IMG/VR virus record: IMGVR_UViG_3300050120_000152
Span: 186,001 to 250,000 of that record
Reading direction: 5' to 3' (one strand)
Length of the DNA: 64,000 nucleotides
Part shown: positions 24,613 through 34,011 of the stretch, one piece after another
How positions within the stretch are numbered: the stretch's first letter is position 1
How the letters are laid out: every line of letters begins with the position of its first letter
Made by a program: the position numbers and the translations under genes
The notes under the pieces: model-generated
What the model was told of the DNA's origin: nothing
Seen by the model: the letters and a program-made list of their open reading frames with translations, nothing else
Database searches by the model: none

Positions 24613-26418
24613 TTATTCCATCATAAAAAGTTTGCGAGGTTTTGAATCATCACCATACATCATAGAAAATAATGCAGCATCATCAATTGATATCGTTTCG
24701 TAGTATGGGTCGTGTATCATATCCTTGTACTCTTCTAATCGCAACGTCCCTAATCCCTTAATATAAGCCACATCATACCCTTCTTTGGAACCTTTGAAAT
24801 TATCAAATTCCAATTTATCATAGAAATAGTGGCGTTGTTTCTTACTTCTTAAAATATATCTTGGTGAATTTAAAATTTTAATTCTCTTTTGTTCAAATAG
24901 TTCAGGCCAATTATAAAAGAAATTGATTAAACCACACCTAATAGAACTACCATCCACATCTTGATCAGTCATAATTACAATAGTTCCGTAAGTCAACCCT
25001 CTTGGCGGTTTACCTAATTCTAAACCTAATACTGCCATAAGTTCGCTATATTCTTTATTACCAAGCACTTCATGTGCCGGTCTACCAAATGAGTTCATTA
25101 CCTTACCACGCAAGGGTAACGCGCCTTGCGTTTCTGCATTTCGTACAGAAACAAATGGGCCATTTGCTGAATCACCTTCTGTGATGAATAAAAACTTTTT
25201 TTCCACAATATGACTTGTAGCTGGAATATGCTTAAGCACTTTTTTAGTTTTAATGTTCTTAGATGCTGCATTAGCTTTTTTCATATTTTCTAATGCTTGC
25301 TTATTTTCTGCCCATTCTATAATATTTTTAATAATAGGAGATTTAATAATTTCTTTTATGAATTTATCAGAAACAGTCCAATCGGTTTTATAGGTACTTG
25401 GTTCCGATATCATGAATGATTTTGTTTGAGAATTGAATTTTGGCCTGTTTATATTACAATTAATAAACACCGATAATTGTTGTTTGATATCATTGGGTTT
25501 AACATCAAATTTATATTTTTTAACAAAATATTCTCTAAGTTTTACTATAACAGGATTTAATACATAATTTATATGTGTTCCACCTTCAATAGTTTCAATA
25601 GAATTGACAAATGAAATCTGATTAAATCCCGTATCAGAATGAACTAATCCAATAGTCCAATCTTTATTTTCATCAAAAATAATTTCATTAGTATAACTTA
25701 ATGCATAGTCTTTAAAATATTTATATCGTATTTTTGTACCATTAATTTCAAATTTTATTCCAATATTGCAACCGGCACAATCATATACTCGCTTAACCAT
25801 CTTTTGATAATTATCATTAGACAACCCCGATTCACCAAAATAAGCATAATCTGGCGTAAAAGTAATATTAGTATACTTTGCTGTACTTTTTGCTATTTTT
25901 TCTTTATTGATATGACGAAGGCCATTAGTAATCAATTGTGAAAATTTATTTGAACCATCAGCAGTTTCGATATGAAATTGAGTTGATAAAATAGATACGA
26001 TAGTGCTACCTACACCATGAGTACCAATTAATGATTGATCAACTTCATCATTGAAGTTTGAGCCTGCTCTTAAATTAGTAAAAATCATAGTAGGAATATA
26101 TTGATTAGTTTCTGCATGCTTTGTTACTGAAATTCCACCATTATCCCATATAGATATACTACCTGTTGTTTTATCAATGGTAATTTTTATATTTGTTAAT
26201 TTTTTAGGATTACGCTTATGTTCATCAATAGAATTATCTAAAATTTCACAAAATAATTTTAAAATGGCTGGATTGTAAGTAATATTGGACTTTGTAAACG
26301 TTTCGTTGTTGACTATCCAGTCATCTTTTTCTATATTGACAATTGATCCAACGTACATGCCGGGTCGCTGTCTTACATGTTCTATATCATCTAATAATTT
26401 ATATTCAGGTATTGTCAT
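24613..26418 (-). CDS. type IIA DNA topoisomerase large subunit (T4 gp39+60-like)
   Basis: EHVRQRPGMYVGS, EILDNSIDE, GSNF..G.HGVG, TEGDSA, PLRGK, DQDVDG, YIKGLG. Confidence 0.95.
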   Translation of the reverse strand: MTIPEYKLLDDIEHVRQRPGMYVGSIVNIEKDDWIVNNETFTKSNITYNPAILKLFCEILDNSIDEHKRNPKKLTNIKITIDKTTGSISIWDNGGISVTKHAETNQYIPTMIFTNLRAGSNFNDEVDQSLIGTHGVGSTIVSILSTQFHIETADGSNKFSQLITNGLRHINKEKIAKSTAKYTNITFTPDYAYFGESGLSNDNYQKMVKRVYDCAGCNIGIKFEINGTKIRYKYFKDYALSYTNEIIFDENKDWTIGLVHSDTGFNQISFVNSIETIEGGTHINYVLNPVIVKLREYFVKKYKFDVKPNDIKQQLSVFINCNINRPKFNSQTKSFMISEPSTYKTDWTVSDKFIKEIIKSPIIKNIIEWAENKQALENMKKANAASKNIKTKKVLKHIPATSHIVEKKFLFITEGDSANGPFVSVRNAETQGALPLRGKVMNSFGRPAHEVLGNKEYSELMAVLGLELGKPPRGLTYGTIVIMTDQDVDGSSIRCGLINFFYNWPELFEQKRIKILNSPRYILRSKKQRHYFYDKLEFDNFKGSKEGYDVAYIKGLGTLRLEEYKDMIHDPYYETISIDDAALFSMMYGDDSKPRKLFMME

Positions 26419-27622
26419 TTGTGATTGCTCTTAATGCTCGTTTATATCCATAATATTTTGATAATTCTATTAATGATATGTGTATATCATGGTCACTTAA
26501 TATTTTCAATATTTGTTTCCTGTTGTGGTCTACCGAATTTTTGCCCGAGATTCTATATAATGTATATCCATTATCGAATGCTAATTGAGTCTTAATTATA
26601 TCTGTTGATTGTACAGTTGATTCATTTGTATTGCTTGTATTCGTATAATGAAAATAACCATCATATTCAATTATAATTTTTTTATCTAAAATAGTAAAAT
26701 CATATCTATAACGCTTATTACTGCTGTATTGTAGCCACATTTCTTTACTTCCAAAGGCTCCTAAAGCAATTTTATATCGTTTATATAAAATTTTGTATAA
26801 TGGGCCAAAATATCTTAAAGACTCTTTGGATGCTTGCTTTTTTGAAAGTTTATATTCTGATATTAATTTTTTAACATCTTCAATAGAGTTTATATTGTCT
26901 ATCGCAGTTAACAAGAACGATATATAAGATTCCCTATCTTTATTATTGATTGATTCTATCCAATTTCTTACCCCAATATTAACAGATTCTGCACGAGAAA
27001 TATATGCGAATATACCAACAGTATCTTGCCGTTTTCTTAACATATCATTTGTTTCATCTGCTGTATAAAGTTTTCCAGTATTAACATTTTTTCTATTTAA
27101 CCAATATTTGGTTTGTGTCGAAGTGCGATCTTCTCGATCTTTGTGTTTTGATACGTTTTTTTTGGATTGGGTTTTTTGATATTGAGATAATGTTTGAGTT
27201 GCCTCTTCGAATGATAATTTTTTATTTAACCAATATTCGATGTTGGTTGGCCTTCTTTTTTTAATTTCGTGAGAAGCTTCTTCTATGGTATAATTTTTAT
27301 TAGTAGATGGATTAATCAAATCTATCCATGTGGAAACGGTATAAAAACTTTTTCTTTTGATAACCGATTTGTTAAATTCTTTACATTTATTAATAGAAGT
27401 ATCGTCATCCCATCCTCTTAAACTATAGTAGTATTTGCTACTAAATGAATAACTTTTATTTAATTTTAATTTATCTCTTATCTTTGATAATAGTTTATCT
27501 TTATTAGTTAAATTCATTATGCTTTCATCATTCACTAATTCACGTAACAAAGTTTCTTTAAATTTTGGTTCAAGATTTTTTACTTTAGTGTCTAATATTT
27601 GCTCAATAATTTTTATGTCCAT
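26405..27622 (-). CDS. homing endonuclease, DUF559/Vsr-like PD-(D/E)XK (Hef-like)
   Basis: RYDFTILDKKIIIEYDGYFHY...KTQLA...GY; repeated W...S.EEA modules; overlaps the topoisomerase start. Confidence 0.75.
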   Translation of the reverse strand: MDIKIIEQILDTKVKNLEPKFKETLLRELVNDESIMNLTNKDKLLSKIRDKLKLNKSYSFSSKYYYSLRGWDDDTSINKCKEFNKSVIKRKSFYTVSTWIDLINPSTNKNYTIEEASHEIKKRRPTNIEYWLNKKLSFEEATQTLSQYQKTQSKKNVSKHKDREDRTSTQTKYWLNRKNVNTGKLYTADETNDMLRKRQDTVGIFAYISRAESVNIGVRNWIESINNKDRESYISFLLTAIDNINSIEDVKKLISEYKLSKKQASKESLRYFGPLYKILYKRYKIALGAFGSKEMWLQYSSNKRYRYDFTILDKKIIIEYDGYFHYTNTSNTNESTVQSTDIIKTQLAFDNGYTLYRISGKNSVDHNRKQILKILSDHDIHISLIELSKYYGYKRALRAITNDNT

Positions 27623-27760
27623 AAATTATCCCATTATATCGTATTATTTATGTGACGTATCAAATAATATCCATTTATACCCATTGGTCAACATTTAATA
27701 AAAAATCTGGAACCTTGCGATTCCAGATTTAAGTGTATCAAACTTTAGGCAGCGATGCAA

Positions 27761-28111
27761 TTAGAAGTGGGTCTTAACCAACTTGCTAACGGCAATCTTC
27801 TGGCGTACACGTTCGCCAGACTTATTAGTCTTGCTCAAACGTACATAGGTCTTGCCAGCAATTTCTTCTGTAGCCAAGTAATCACCCTTACTGAAAGAAA
27901 ATACTCTTCCGTCAATGGTTACAGCATAATTGGTAAACTGCTTTATCATCTTGTCTTGCGGCACAGTTGCATGCGCAGTACCATCGATAACACGACGAAT
28001 ATGTCTTGCATCGACTCCGAATTCATCGGCTAAAACTGCGGTTGATGTGCCTTGACCATGTAAACGTCGAATATCAACAACATCGCTAACTGATAATTTT
28101 GAATTTGTCAT
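27761..28111 (-). CDS. HTH + NUMOD4-like DNA-binding protein lacking a nuclease domain
   Basis: KLS..DV.DIR.L...S...LA.EFGV...HI.R HTH; NYAVTIDGRVFS...YVRLSK...VSKLVKTHF NUMOD4-like. Confidence 0.65.
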   Translation of the reverse strand: MTNSKLSVSDVVDIRRLHGQGTSTAVLADEFGVDARHIRRVIDGTAHATVPQDKMIKQFTNYAVTIDGRVFSFSKGDYLATEEIAGKTYVRLSKTNKSGERVRQKIAVSKLVKTHF

Positions 28112-28149
28112 AGTAATTTCTCCTAATTAGTAATTTACTAGTAAGGGAC

Positions 28150-28178
28150 ATTATACTAAGAAAATTAGTTAAAGTCAA
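28150..28178 (-). promoter_or_regulatory. near-consensus sigma70 promoter overlapped by an 11-bp inverted repeat
   Basis: Minus strand TTGACT-17-TATAAT; IR aattagttaaa 28163-73 / tttaactaatt 28182-92. Confidence 0.75.
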
Positions 28179-28190
28179 TAGTTTAACTAA

Positions 28191-28469
28191 TTATGCGGAC
28201 GGTGAAGGGCAAACATAATTTGCCATATTTGACTGAAGAGCAGTAATAGCATCTTCTAAGGTTAAATATACATTTGCATCAAGAACTGTCGCAGTTCCGG
28301 CATTACATTCTAATAAAATTAAATAAGATATGTTAGTTGCAACTGTATTGGGGGTAATTGGTACAACATTGATAATGGTTTGTAGACATGTACCTTTCTT
28401 AACAGAATTTCCATCAAGAATCCATGCTACATCATTTGTTTGTAATTTGTAAGTAACCGTGTAGGACAT
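28191..28469 (-). CDS. small protein resembling the N-terminal module of 53755..54657
   Basis: NDVAWILDGNSVKKGTC..I vs GDLIYYVVGGAVDYGVC.AI; TVLDANVY vs TVLVANAY. Confidence 0.6.
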   Translation of the reverse strand: MSYTVTYKLQTNDVAWILDGNSVKKGTCLQTIINVVPITPNTVATNISYLILLECNAGTATVLDANVYLTLEDAITALQSNMANYVCPSPSA

Positions 28470-28506
28470 GTATATTGCCTTCCCATAATGAGATATTTAT
28501 CACATT

Positions 28507-29247
28507 TTACTTTAATGACAAATCTTTATCTTTAAGTTTGTTGCCAAGATCATATAATTTATCCATATATCCATTATTTCTTAAAGTCTTGAACACTAAA
28601 TTCTCAAGGCTCATTTCGCCGCCACGAGAAATAGATGCTTTGCGCATATTCTTAATCTTATCCTGAAGAGCTTTAATAATAATTTCATTAGTATTACTAC
28701 CTTTAATAATATCATCAATTTCGTCCATTAAAGATTTGGCTTTAATTTTAATTTCTTTGGTATCATAAACTAATTTTTCTTCTTTGGTAGGTTTGCGAAT
28801 CCAATCATCTTGAATTAATGAAAAACATCCTGCATTACCCGAAAAGAATTCGGTAGGTGGTTGTACATAGACTTCAACGGCTGAACCTTTAATGGTAACA
28901 TCATGGCCCATATTCCACACGGTTTTCTTGGCTTTCATGCAATCATCAAGATTGAAATTATTGCTTTCACAATCTTTACATACCTTATCATAATCTACAA
29001 TAACATGTAAATCAATATCTGACATACGTGACCAGTTATAGTTAGCATTTGATCCCGTAACGAAAATTTCCATTACTTCTTCTTTAGAAACCTTAAGAAC
29101 GGTAAGAAATGAGTTGGCAACTTTTTCCAAGGCTTCTTTAACATCAGAATGCAATTTCATGTCTTTATCCCACAATGCCGGATTTAGGGTATCATGATAC
29201 TCTAGATGCGTTTTTAATCTTTTTAAGGAAATTTCATTCAATAACAT
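28507..29247 (-). CDS. pol-beta superfamily nucleotidyltransferase
   Basis: VTGSNANYNW...SDIDLHV, VEVY; MLLNE N-terminus. Confidence 0.85.
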   Translation of the reverse strand: MLLNEISLKRLKTHLEYHDTLNPALWDKDMKLHSDVKEALEKVANSFLTVLKVSKEEVMEIFVTGSNANYNWSRMSDIDLHVIVDYDKVCKDCESNNFNLDDCMKAKKTVWNMGHDVTIKGSAVEVYVQPPTEFFSGNAGCFSLIQDDWIRKPTKEEKLVYDTKEIKIKAKSLMDEIDDIIKGSNTNEIIIKALQDKIKNMRKASISRGGEMSLENLVFKTLRNNGYMDKLYDLGNKLKDKDLSLK

Positions 29248-29277
29248 TGTACTGATTCAATTGTTTATTATTTATCA

Positions 29278-30870
29278 TTATGCTGGGCATGTTCCCCAAA
29301 CTGGTCTAGCATCTGTCCATGCTGTTGCATTTGTATCAAAATCTGCTGGTAATGTTGAAATGAGTGTGACACACCAATGAGATAAATCTTGATTGAATGC
29401 TTCAGCATTTGCAAACATAGCAGACATATTTGATACTTTACTGGTATTCCATGTACCAATATCTTGATTGAATACTGAAGCACTTTGAAACATTTGACTC
29501 ATATCAGTTACATGACTGGTATCCCATGATGATAAATCTTGATTAAATGCTGAAGTATCATAAAACATATTATTCATATTAGTTACAGCACTAGTATTCC
29601 ATGATGATAAATCTTGATTAAATGCTGACGCACCACTAAACATACTATTCATATTAGTTACAGCACTAGTATTCCATGATGAAATATCTTGATTGAATAC
29701 TGAAGCACCATTAAACATATTAGACATATCAGTTAATGTTGTTGGTATTGATGATGGCACTTCATATACTGAAGTAGGAGGGACAATACTAGTCACATTA
29801 TATGTACCAAATGATAATATTTTAGAATTAGATGGTGGTACAGTACCATCCTGTTCATAACCAGATATGGATGATGAGTCGCCATACATTTTAACTATAT
29901 AAGTTCCAACAGAACCATAAGTATGTAATATATAAGTGGCATCAGACATAGTATCAATAGCTGATCCGTCACCCCAATCTAAAGTTATCCCAGAATCGGC
30001 ATCAACCTCAACTATTCCTGTTGAATCAAATTGAATTGTATATGGGGTCTGGGCAATTGCTGATGGGGTAGGAGTTGGAACAGGTGAATAAGGTACATAT
30101 TTTACTAAACTTATATTATCTATGGTATAATCATACCCATTAGGAGCATACATATTATAATTTGAGTCTGCATATAATGATATAGCTACTTGTATAGATG
30201 TTACCCCTGATGGAATTAATAGTTCATAATTAAATGATCCACTACTCATATTCGTGACGTTAAATATATCACTATTAGATACATTAATACTCATTAATGG
30301 AATATCTGATCTAGTTAACGATTGGGTTAAAGCATAAATTTCAATAATAGCATATTGGCACGCGCCTTCATTAAATCTGGCATTAAATTTATAATTACCG
30401 CCAGCCGTTACAGTCATTGGTGATGATGTAAAATCTACTTGCTGCGTTCCACTATTATTGGAAATAAACTTAGTTAGTATATCTGTTTGTACAACTGTAC
30501 CATTATTTGTAGTCCATGCGGTATTAGCCAACAAATTTGGGTAAATGACTGGCGATGGTGTTGGTGTCATTGTCAATGTTGATGATGGCTTAGGAGTTCT
30601 TGTAGGAGTGGGAGATAATGACTGTGAAATAGATGGTGTAGGAGTAATCAAAAATGTATTTTTATACACTTCAGCTCTACCAAAGGTACCATGTAGCGTT
30701 GGACTATTAAAAGTTTCATTGCTCATCGTATCGTACATAAAAATGGTGATCGAATCCCCATTAATATCAACAATGACACCATTTCTTATGTTTAGACTAT
30801 CAATTAGCCAAATATTGTCATTAATTTCCCAAGCATACCCATGTAAATTATATCTAGCCATATATGTCAT
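29278..30870 (-). CDS. modular surface protein: N-domain/TP linker/CBM-like/TP/PKD-like/5 DUF285 (BspA-like) repeats
   Basis: PTPS linkers; DWGDG..HTY; 25-aa FNQD.SSW.TS.VT.M..MF repeats; ends PVWGTCPA. Confidence 0.85.
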   Translation of the reverse strand: MTYMARYNLHGYAWEINDNIWLIDSLNIRNGVIVDINGDSITIFMYDTMSNETFNSPTLHGTFGRAEVYKNTFLITPTPSISQSLSPTPTRTPKPSSTLTMTPTPSPVIYPNLLANTAWTTNNGTVVQTDILTKFISNNSGTQQVDFTSSPMTVTAGGNYKFNARFNEGACQYAIIEIYALTQSLTRSDIPLMSINVSNSDIFNVTNMSSGSFNYELLIPSGVTSIQVAISLYADSNYNMYAPNGYDYTIDNISLVKYVPYSPVPTPTPSAIAQTPYTIQFDSTGIVEVDADSGITLDWGDGSAIDTMSDATYILHTYGSVGTYIVKMYGDSSSISGYEQDGTVPPSNSKILSFGTYNVTSIVPPTSVYEVPSSIPTTLTDMSNMFNGASVFNQDISSWNTSAVTNMNSMFSGASAFNQDLSSWNTSAVTNMNNMFYDTSAFNQDLSSWDTSHVTDMSQMFQSASVFNQDIGTWNTSKVSNMSAMFANAEAFNQDLSHWCVTLISTLPADFDTNATAWTDARPVWGTCPA

Positions 30871-30916
30871 TCTATTATAGCTATATTTAGTCTAATTTAC
30901 TACATGAATAATATTT

Positions 30917-31297
30917 TTATAGATATCCATTAGAACTAAATTGAGTGGATTCGATAATGTAATTATGAGAATAATAACCATTATGAGAATTACCTAAAGT
31001 AATTTTAAGAGTGCCTGCAGAGGTTATAATATCTACAGTAATTTCACCCCCGCCATCGTAGTAGTCTACTGTGGATGGTTCTTTAGACTCTTCTATATTA
31101 AGTAATTCTTTGTCAATGAACTGGGCAAGCTCATCAGGAGAGTGAGTTGCATCCCATCGCTCGCAACAATAGGATGTATTACAGATGCCCAATTTAATGG
31201 TTTGTTCAGTTGTGACAATAATACATCCATCATAAGAATAATAACTGCTGTCAGTTGTCGAGAATCCATTTGTTGAAATTGATATAATTTTTTCCAT
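30917..31297 (-). CDS. conserved phage hypothetical protein
   Basis: CCE...HNGYYS motif common in phages. Confidence 0.7.
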   Translation of the reverse strand: MEKIISISTNGFSTTDSSYYSYDGCIIVTTEQTIKLGICNTSYCCERWDATHSPDELAQFIDKELLNIEESKEPSTVDYYDGGGEITVDIITSAGTLKITLGNSHNGYYSHNYIIESTQFSSNGYL

Positions 31298-31299
31298 AC

Positions 31300-31998
31300 T
31301 TAAACCCCTGCCAACTCTTGTAATGATGCTTCAATAACACCCTCAATATTATTTCTGGCAATATTTTCATACTTATTGTGAAAATATTCTGTATAATAGA
31401 TGGTAGGCTTTTTAAGTATGCTTGTTAAAAACGTTATACGATTTTGAATCATTACATCTTTATACAACCCTAATTCAGCATATTCCTCAAATATTTTATC
31501 AGAATCAAGATATACTTGACCAAATTTACGCCCAAAACCTGCCATATCCATATCCAATAGAATTGGAGTCGTGTCATATCTAAATTCTGTTATATACGTT
31601 AGGTGTTTTTCTGTTGCGCGAATATTATGTTCTATTTCAGCACTATAATGGTGTAGTACAAACTTTTTATCCGAAGATACATCAGATGTTCCATAAAGCC
31701 AATTATTAAATAATTTTGCTGACTCCAATTCATTTGAAGAATGTTCATAATACGGATAAGGAGAATAAATGGCATCATGAAACCACCATGAATATACAAT
31801 TGCTTCTTCCTGTTTCGGTGATAACGTAACAGAATTCCGACATTCTGCAAACTTAGATAAACCAAAATTAATGTGGTTCATATCATGATAATATCGCTGT
31901 GGCGAATTATATAGCGGAACTAACAATTGCATTGCATTTGGATGAATAGTAAACATAAAAACCCCCGGCATAGTTGGTCTTAACCGGAATTGTATCAC
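31300..31998 (-). CDS. HD-superfamily phosphohydrolase
   Basis: RYYHDMNHI, WFHDAIY, NELESA, LLDMDMA. Confidence 0.85.
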   Translation of the reverse strand: MIQFRLRPTMPGVFMFTIHPNAMQLLVPLYNSPQRYYHDMNHINFGLSKFAECRNSVTLSPKQEEAIVYSWWFHDAIYSPYPYYEHSSNELESAKLFNNWLYGTSDVSSDKKFVLHHYSAEIEHNIRATEKHLTYITEFRYDTTPILLDMDMAGFGRKFGQVYLDSDKIFEEYAELGLYKDVMIQNRITFLTSILKKPTIYYTEYFHNKYENIARNNIEGVIEASLQELAGV

Positions 31999-32013
31999 AA
32001 TTATGTTATATAG

Positions 32014-32808
32014 TCAAATTGATAGTTTGTCTATATTATCAAGGCTATCCATATAATACCACTCTTTATATTGCATTGCATCAGATAAACAGCGTCGTCT
32101 AACCTGTACTGTACTACTAAAATTAAAATATTCTACTACCGCCGTTACACTAGGAAATGTTCCATTAGGAGTCATTATAACTCTATTAGATAATTTTATA
32201 TTGTTCGATGCAATAGGCACAATAGAATTATATGACCATTTATATCCTTTACAATTTGAAAATTTGCCTTCGGCAGTATATTTAATATTAGATGGTGATG
32301 TATTTACAAAATCAGCAGCTTCAGATAGGCACATAAACGTATGAGCTAATGTCCCATTAAGATGAAAACAAAAAATTTTTTTCTCGTGAAATAGACGTAA
32401 AGCCTTTTTACAATTTTCTGAAATTTTCTTTTTAGATTTTTTACTATGAACATGACCTCTAAATAATCCATTTTTAACTTGTTCTGATGGATTATCTTTA
32501 TAATTTTGTTTCTTTAAAGTTGAAATTTTTCTTTTAATCCATCCATATTGTTTATTGGTTTGTCTTCTATCAGTATCGTGAGTAGCCAATAATGATGCTG
32601 CAAATGCTAATCCCAAATTAAATGGATATATTTTTGTCAATAATTGATGGGCTAAATAATGTTCTTCGGGCGTTAACTTGACTATATTATTTGGGTCATT
32701 ACTCCCATTCATACATTTTGGAATTATGTGGTGTTTTTCACAATAACCGATTAGCTTCCGATCTTTTGCTTTACTAATTAAATTGTCATAAATTTTAATA
32801 TAATTCAT
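32014..32808 (-). CDS. HNH homing endonuclease with NUMOD1-like domains (Mob-like)
   Basis: YCEKHHIIPKCMNG...NIVKLTPEEHYLAHQLL; EAA.FV..SPSNI; TPNGTFPS; adjacent to nrdB. Confidence 0.85.
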   Translation of the reverse strand: MNYIKIYDNLISKAKDRKLIGYCEKHHIIPKCMNGSNDPNNIVKLTPEEHYLAHQLLTKIYPFNLGLAFAASLLATHDTDRRQTNKQYGWIKRKISTLKKQNYKDNPSEQVKNGLFRGHVHSKKSKKKISENCKKALRLFHEKKIFCFHLNGTLAHTFMCLSEAADFVNTSPSNIKYTAEGKFSNCKGYKWSYNSIVPIASNNIKLSNRVIMTPNGTFPSVTAVVEYFNFSSTVQVRRRCLSDAMQYKEWYYMDSLDNIDKLSI

Positions 32809-32829
32809 TTAAATACTCTGATATCAGAG

Positions 32830-32837
32830 TATTTATA
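32830..32837 (-). promoter_or_regulatory. T4-like late promoter
   Basis: TATAAATA upstream of the HNH gene. Confidence 0.6.
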
Positions 32838-32877
32838 CTATAAAAATACATTTATATTAACTTAATACGTATTAACA

Positions 32878-34002
32878 TTATTTAAGAAATTTATTTAAAT
32901 CTTTGAGAATTAGTCGTTTATCTTTTGATTTATCTAAGCCACCCACAATATAGCTTACAGATTCGCTTTCTTGGTTAGCTACTTGGGTATCTTTTCCCGA
33001 TATCCAACTCTGAGTCCATGGTAATGGATTGGCTGCTGGGACAGCATAGGGTAATTTCAGACCGATTGAATCCATGCGTTTTTTGGCTATCCAATCAACG
33101 TAATCGCCTAAGACACTCTCATTCAACCCCAAAATAGACCCATGTTGAAATAGATATTTTGCCCATTCTTTTTCTTGTTCAATACATTCTAAAAACATAT
33201 TAATACTATATTGTTCTAAATCTTTAGATATTTTAACAAAATCTTCATCATCCTGTGGTAAAATTTTAAGTAAATATTGAGTAAATCCAAGATGTACATT
33301 CTCATCTCTGCATATAAGTTTAATTATATCGGCATTTCCTATCATAAGTTTTTGCTCAGCAAATGCCCATGAGCATGCGAACGAAACATAAAACCTTATA
33401 CCTTCTAATATATTAGCTGCCATAAGAGCTTTCCATATATTAACTTTATGATCGTAAATATTGTATCCATCAATATATCCGAATAAATCGACATGTTGAT
33501 TATAGTGGTGTAGATCATCATATGGTTTTGTGATTGCAGCAGCACGTTGGATAATTTCATCAATTTCTGTTACTGTGTCAAATACTTCGGTCGTGTTGGT
33601 TATAATATTTCTTAAAATATGTGAATAAGAATTTGAATGAATTGATTCGAAGAATGCCCAAGCTTTGCAGAAATGTTCAATCTCTGGCAATGTTGTTATA
33701 GCAGAAAATAATGCCTCTGGTGCGCGACTTTGTACACTATCTAATAATGTCTGAAACTTTAAATTACTAGTAAATATGTGTTTAGCTGCAATAGAAAGAG
33801 TATTAAAATCTCGTTCATCTTTTTCTAGAGATATTTCTTGTGGACGCCAGAAAAATCCTTCTTGTATTTCTCTAAATTTTTGTATTCTTGGATATTTTAC
33901 TTGTTCAAATCTTGACAAAGTTACGCCATTATTATCATCATCCAAGAATATTTTACATTTTATGGGAGATTTTTTATTGTTTAAATTAAATAGTGATTTC
34001 AT
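32878..34002 (-). CDS. nrdB: class Ia ribonucleotide reductase beta subunit
   Basis: FFWRPQEI, LLDSVQ, ESIHSNSYSHI, LEGIRFYVSFACS, RDENVH. Confidence 0.97.
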   Translation of the reverse strand: MKSLFNLNNKKSPIKCKIFLDDDNNGVTLSRFEQVKYPRIQKFREIQEGFFWRPQEISLEKDERDFNTLSIAAKHIFTSNLKFQTLLDSVQSRAPEALFSAITTLPEIEHFCKAWAFFESIHSNSYSHILRNIITNTTEVFDTVTEIDEIIQRAAAITKPYDDLHHYNQHVDLFGYIDGYNIYDHKVNIWKALMAANILEGIRFYVSFACSWAFAEQKLMIGNADIIKLICRDENVHLGFTQYLLKILPQDDEDFVKISKDLEQYSINMFLECIEQEKEWAKYLFQHGSILGLNESVLGDYVDWIAKKRMDSIGLKLPYAVPAANPLPWTQSWISGKDTQVANQESESVSYIVGGLDKSKDKRLILKDLNKFLK

Positions 34003-34011
34003 ATAGTTTCC

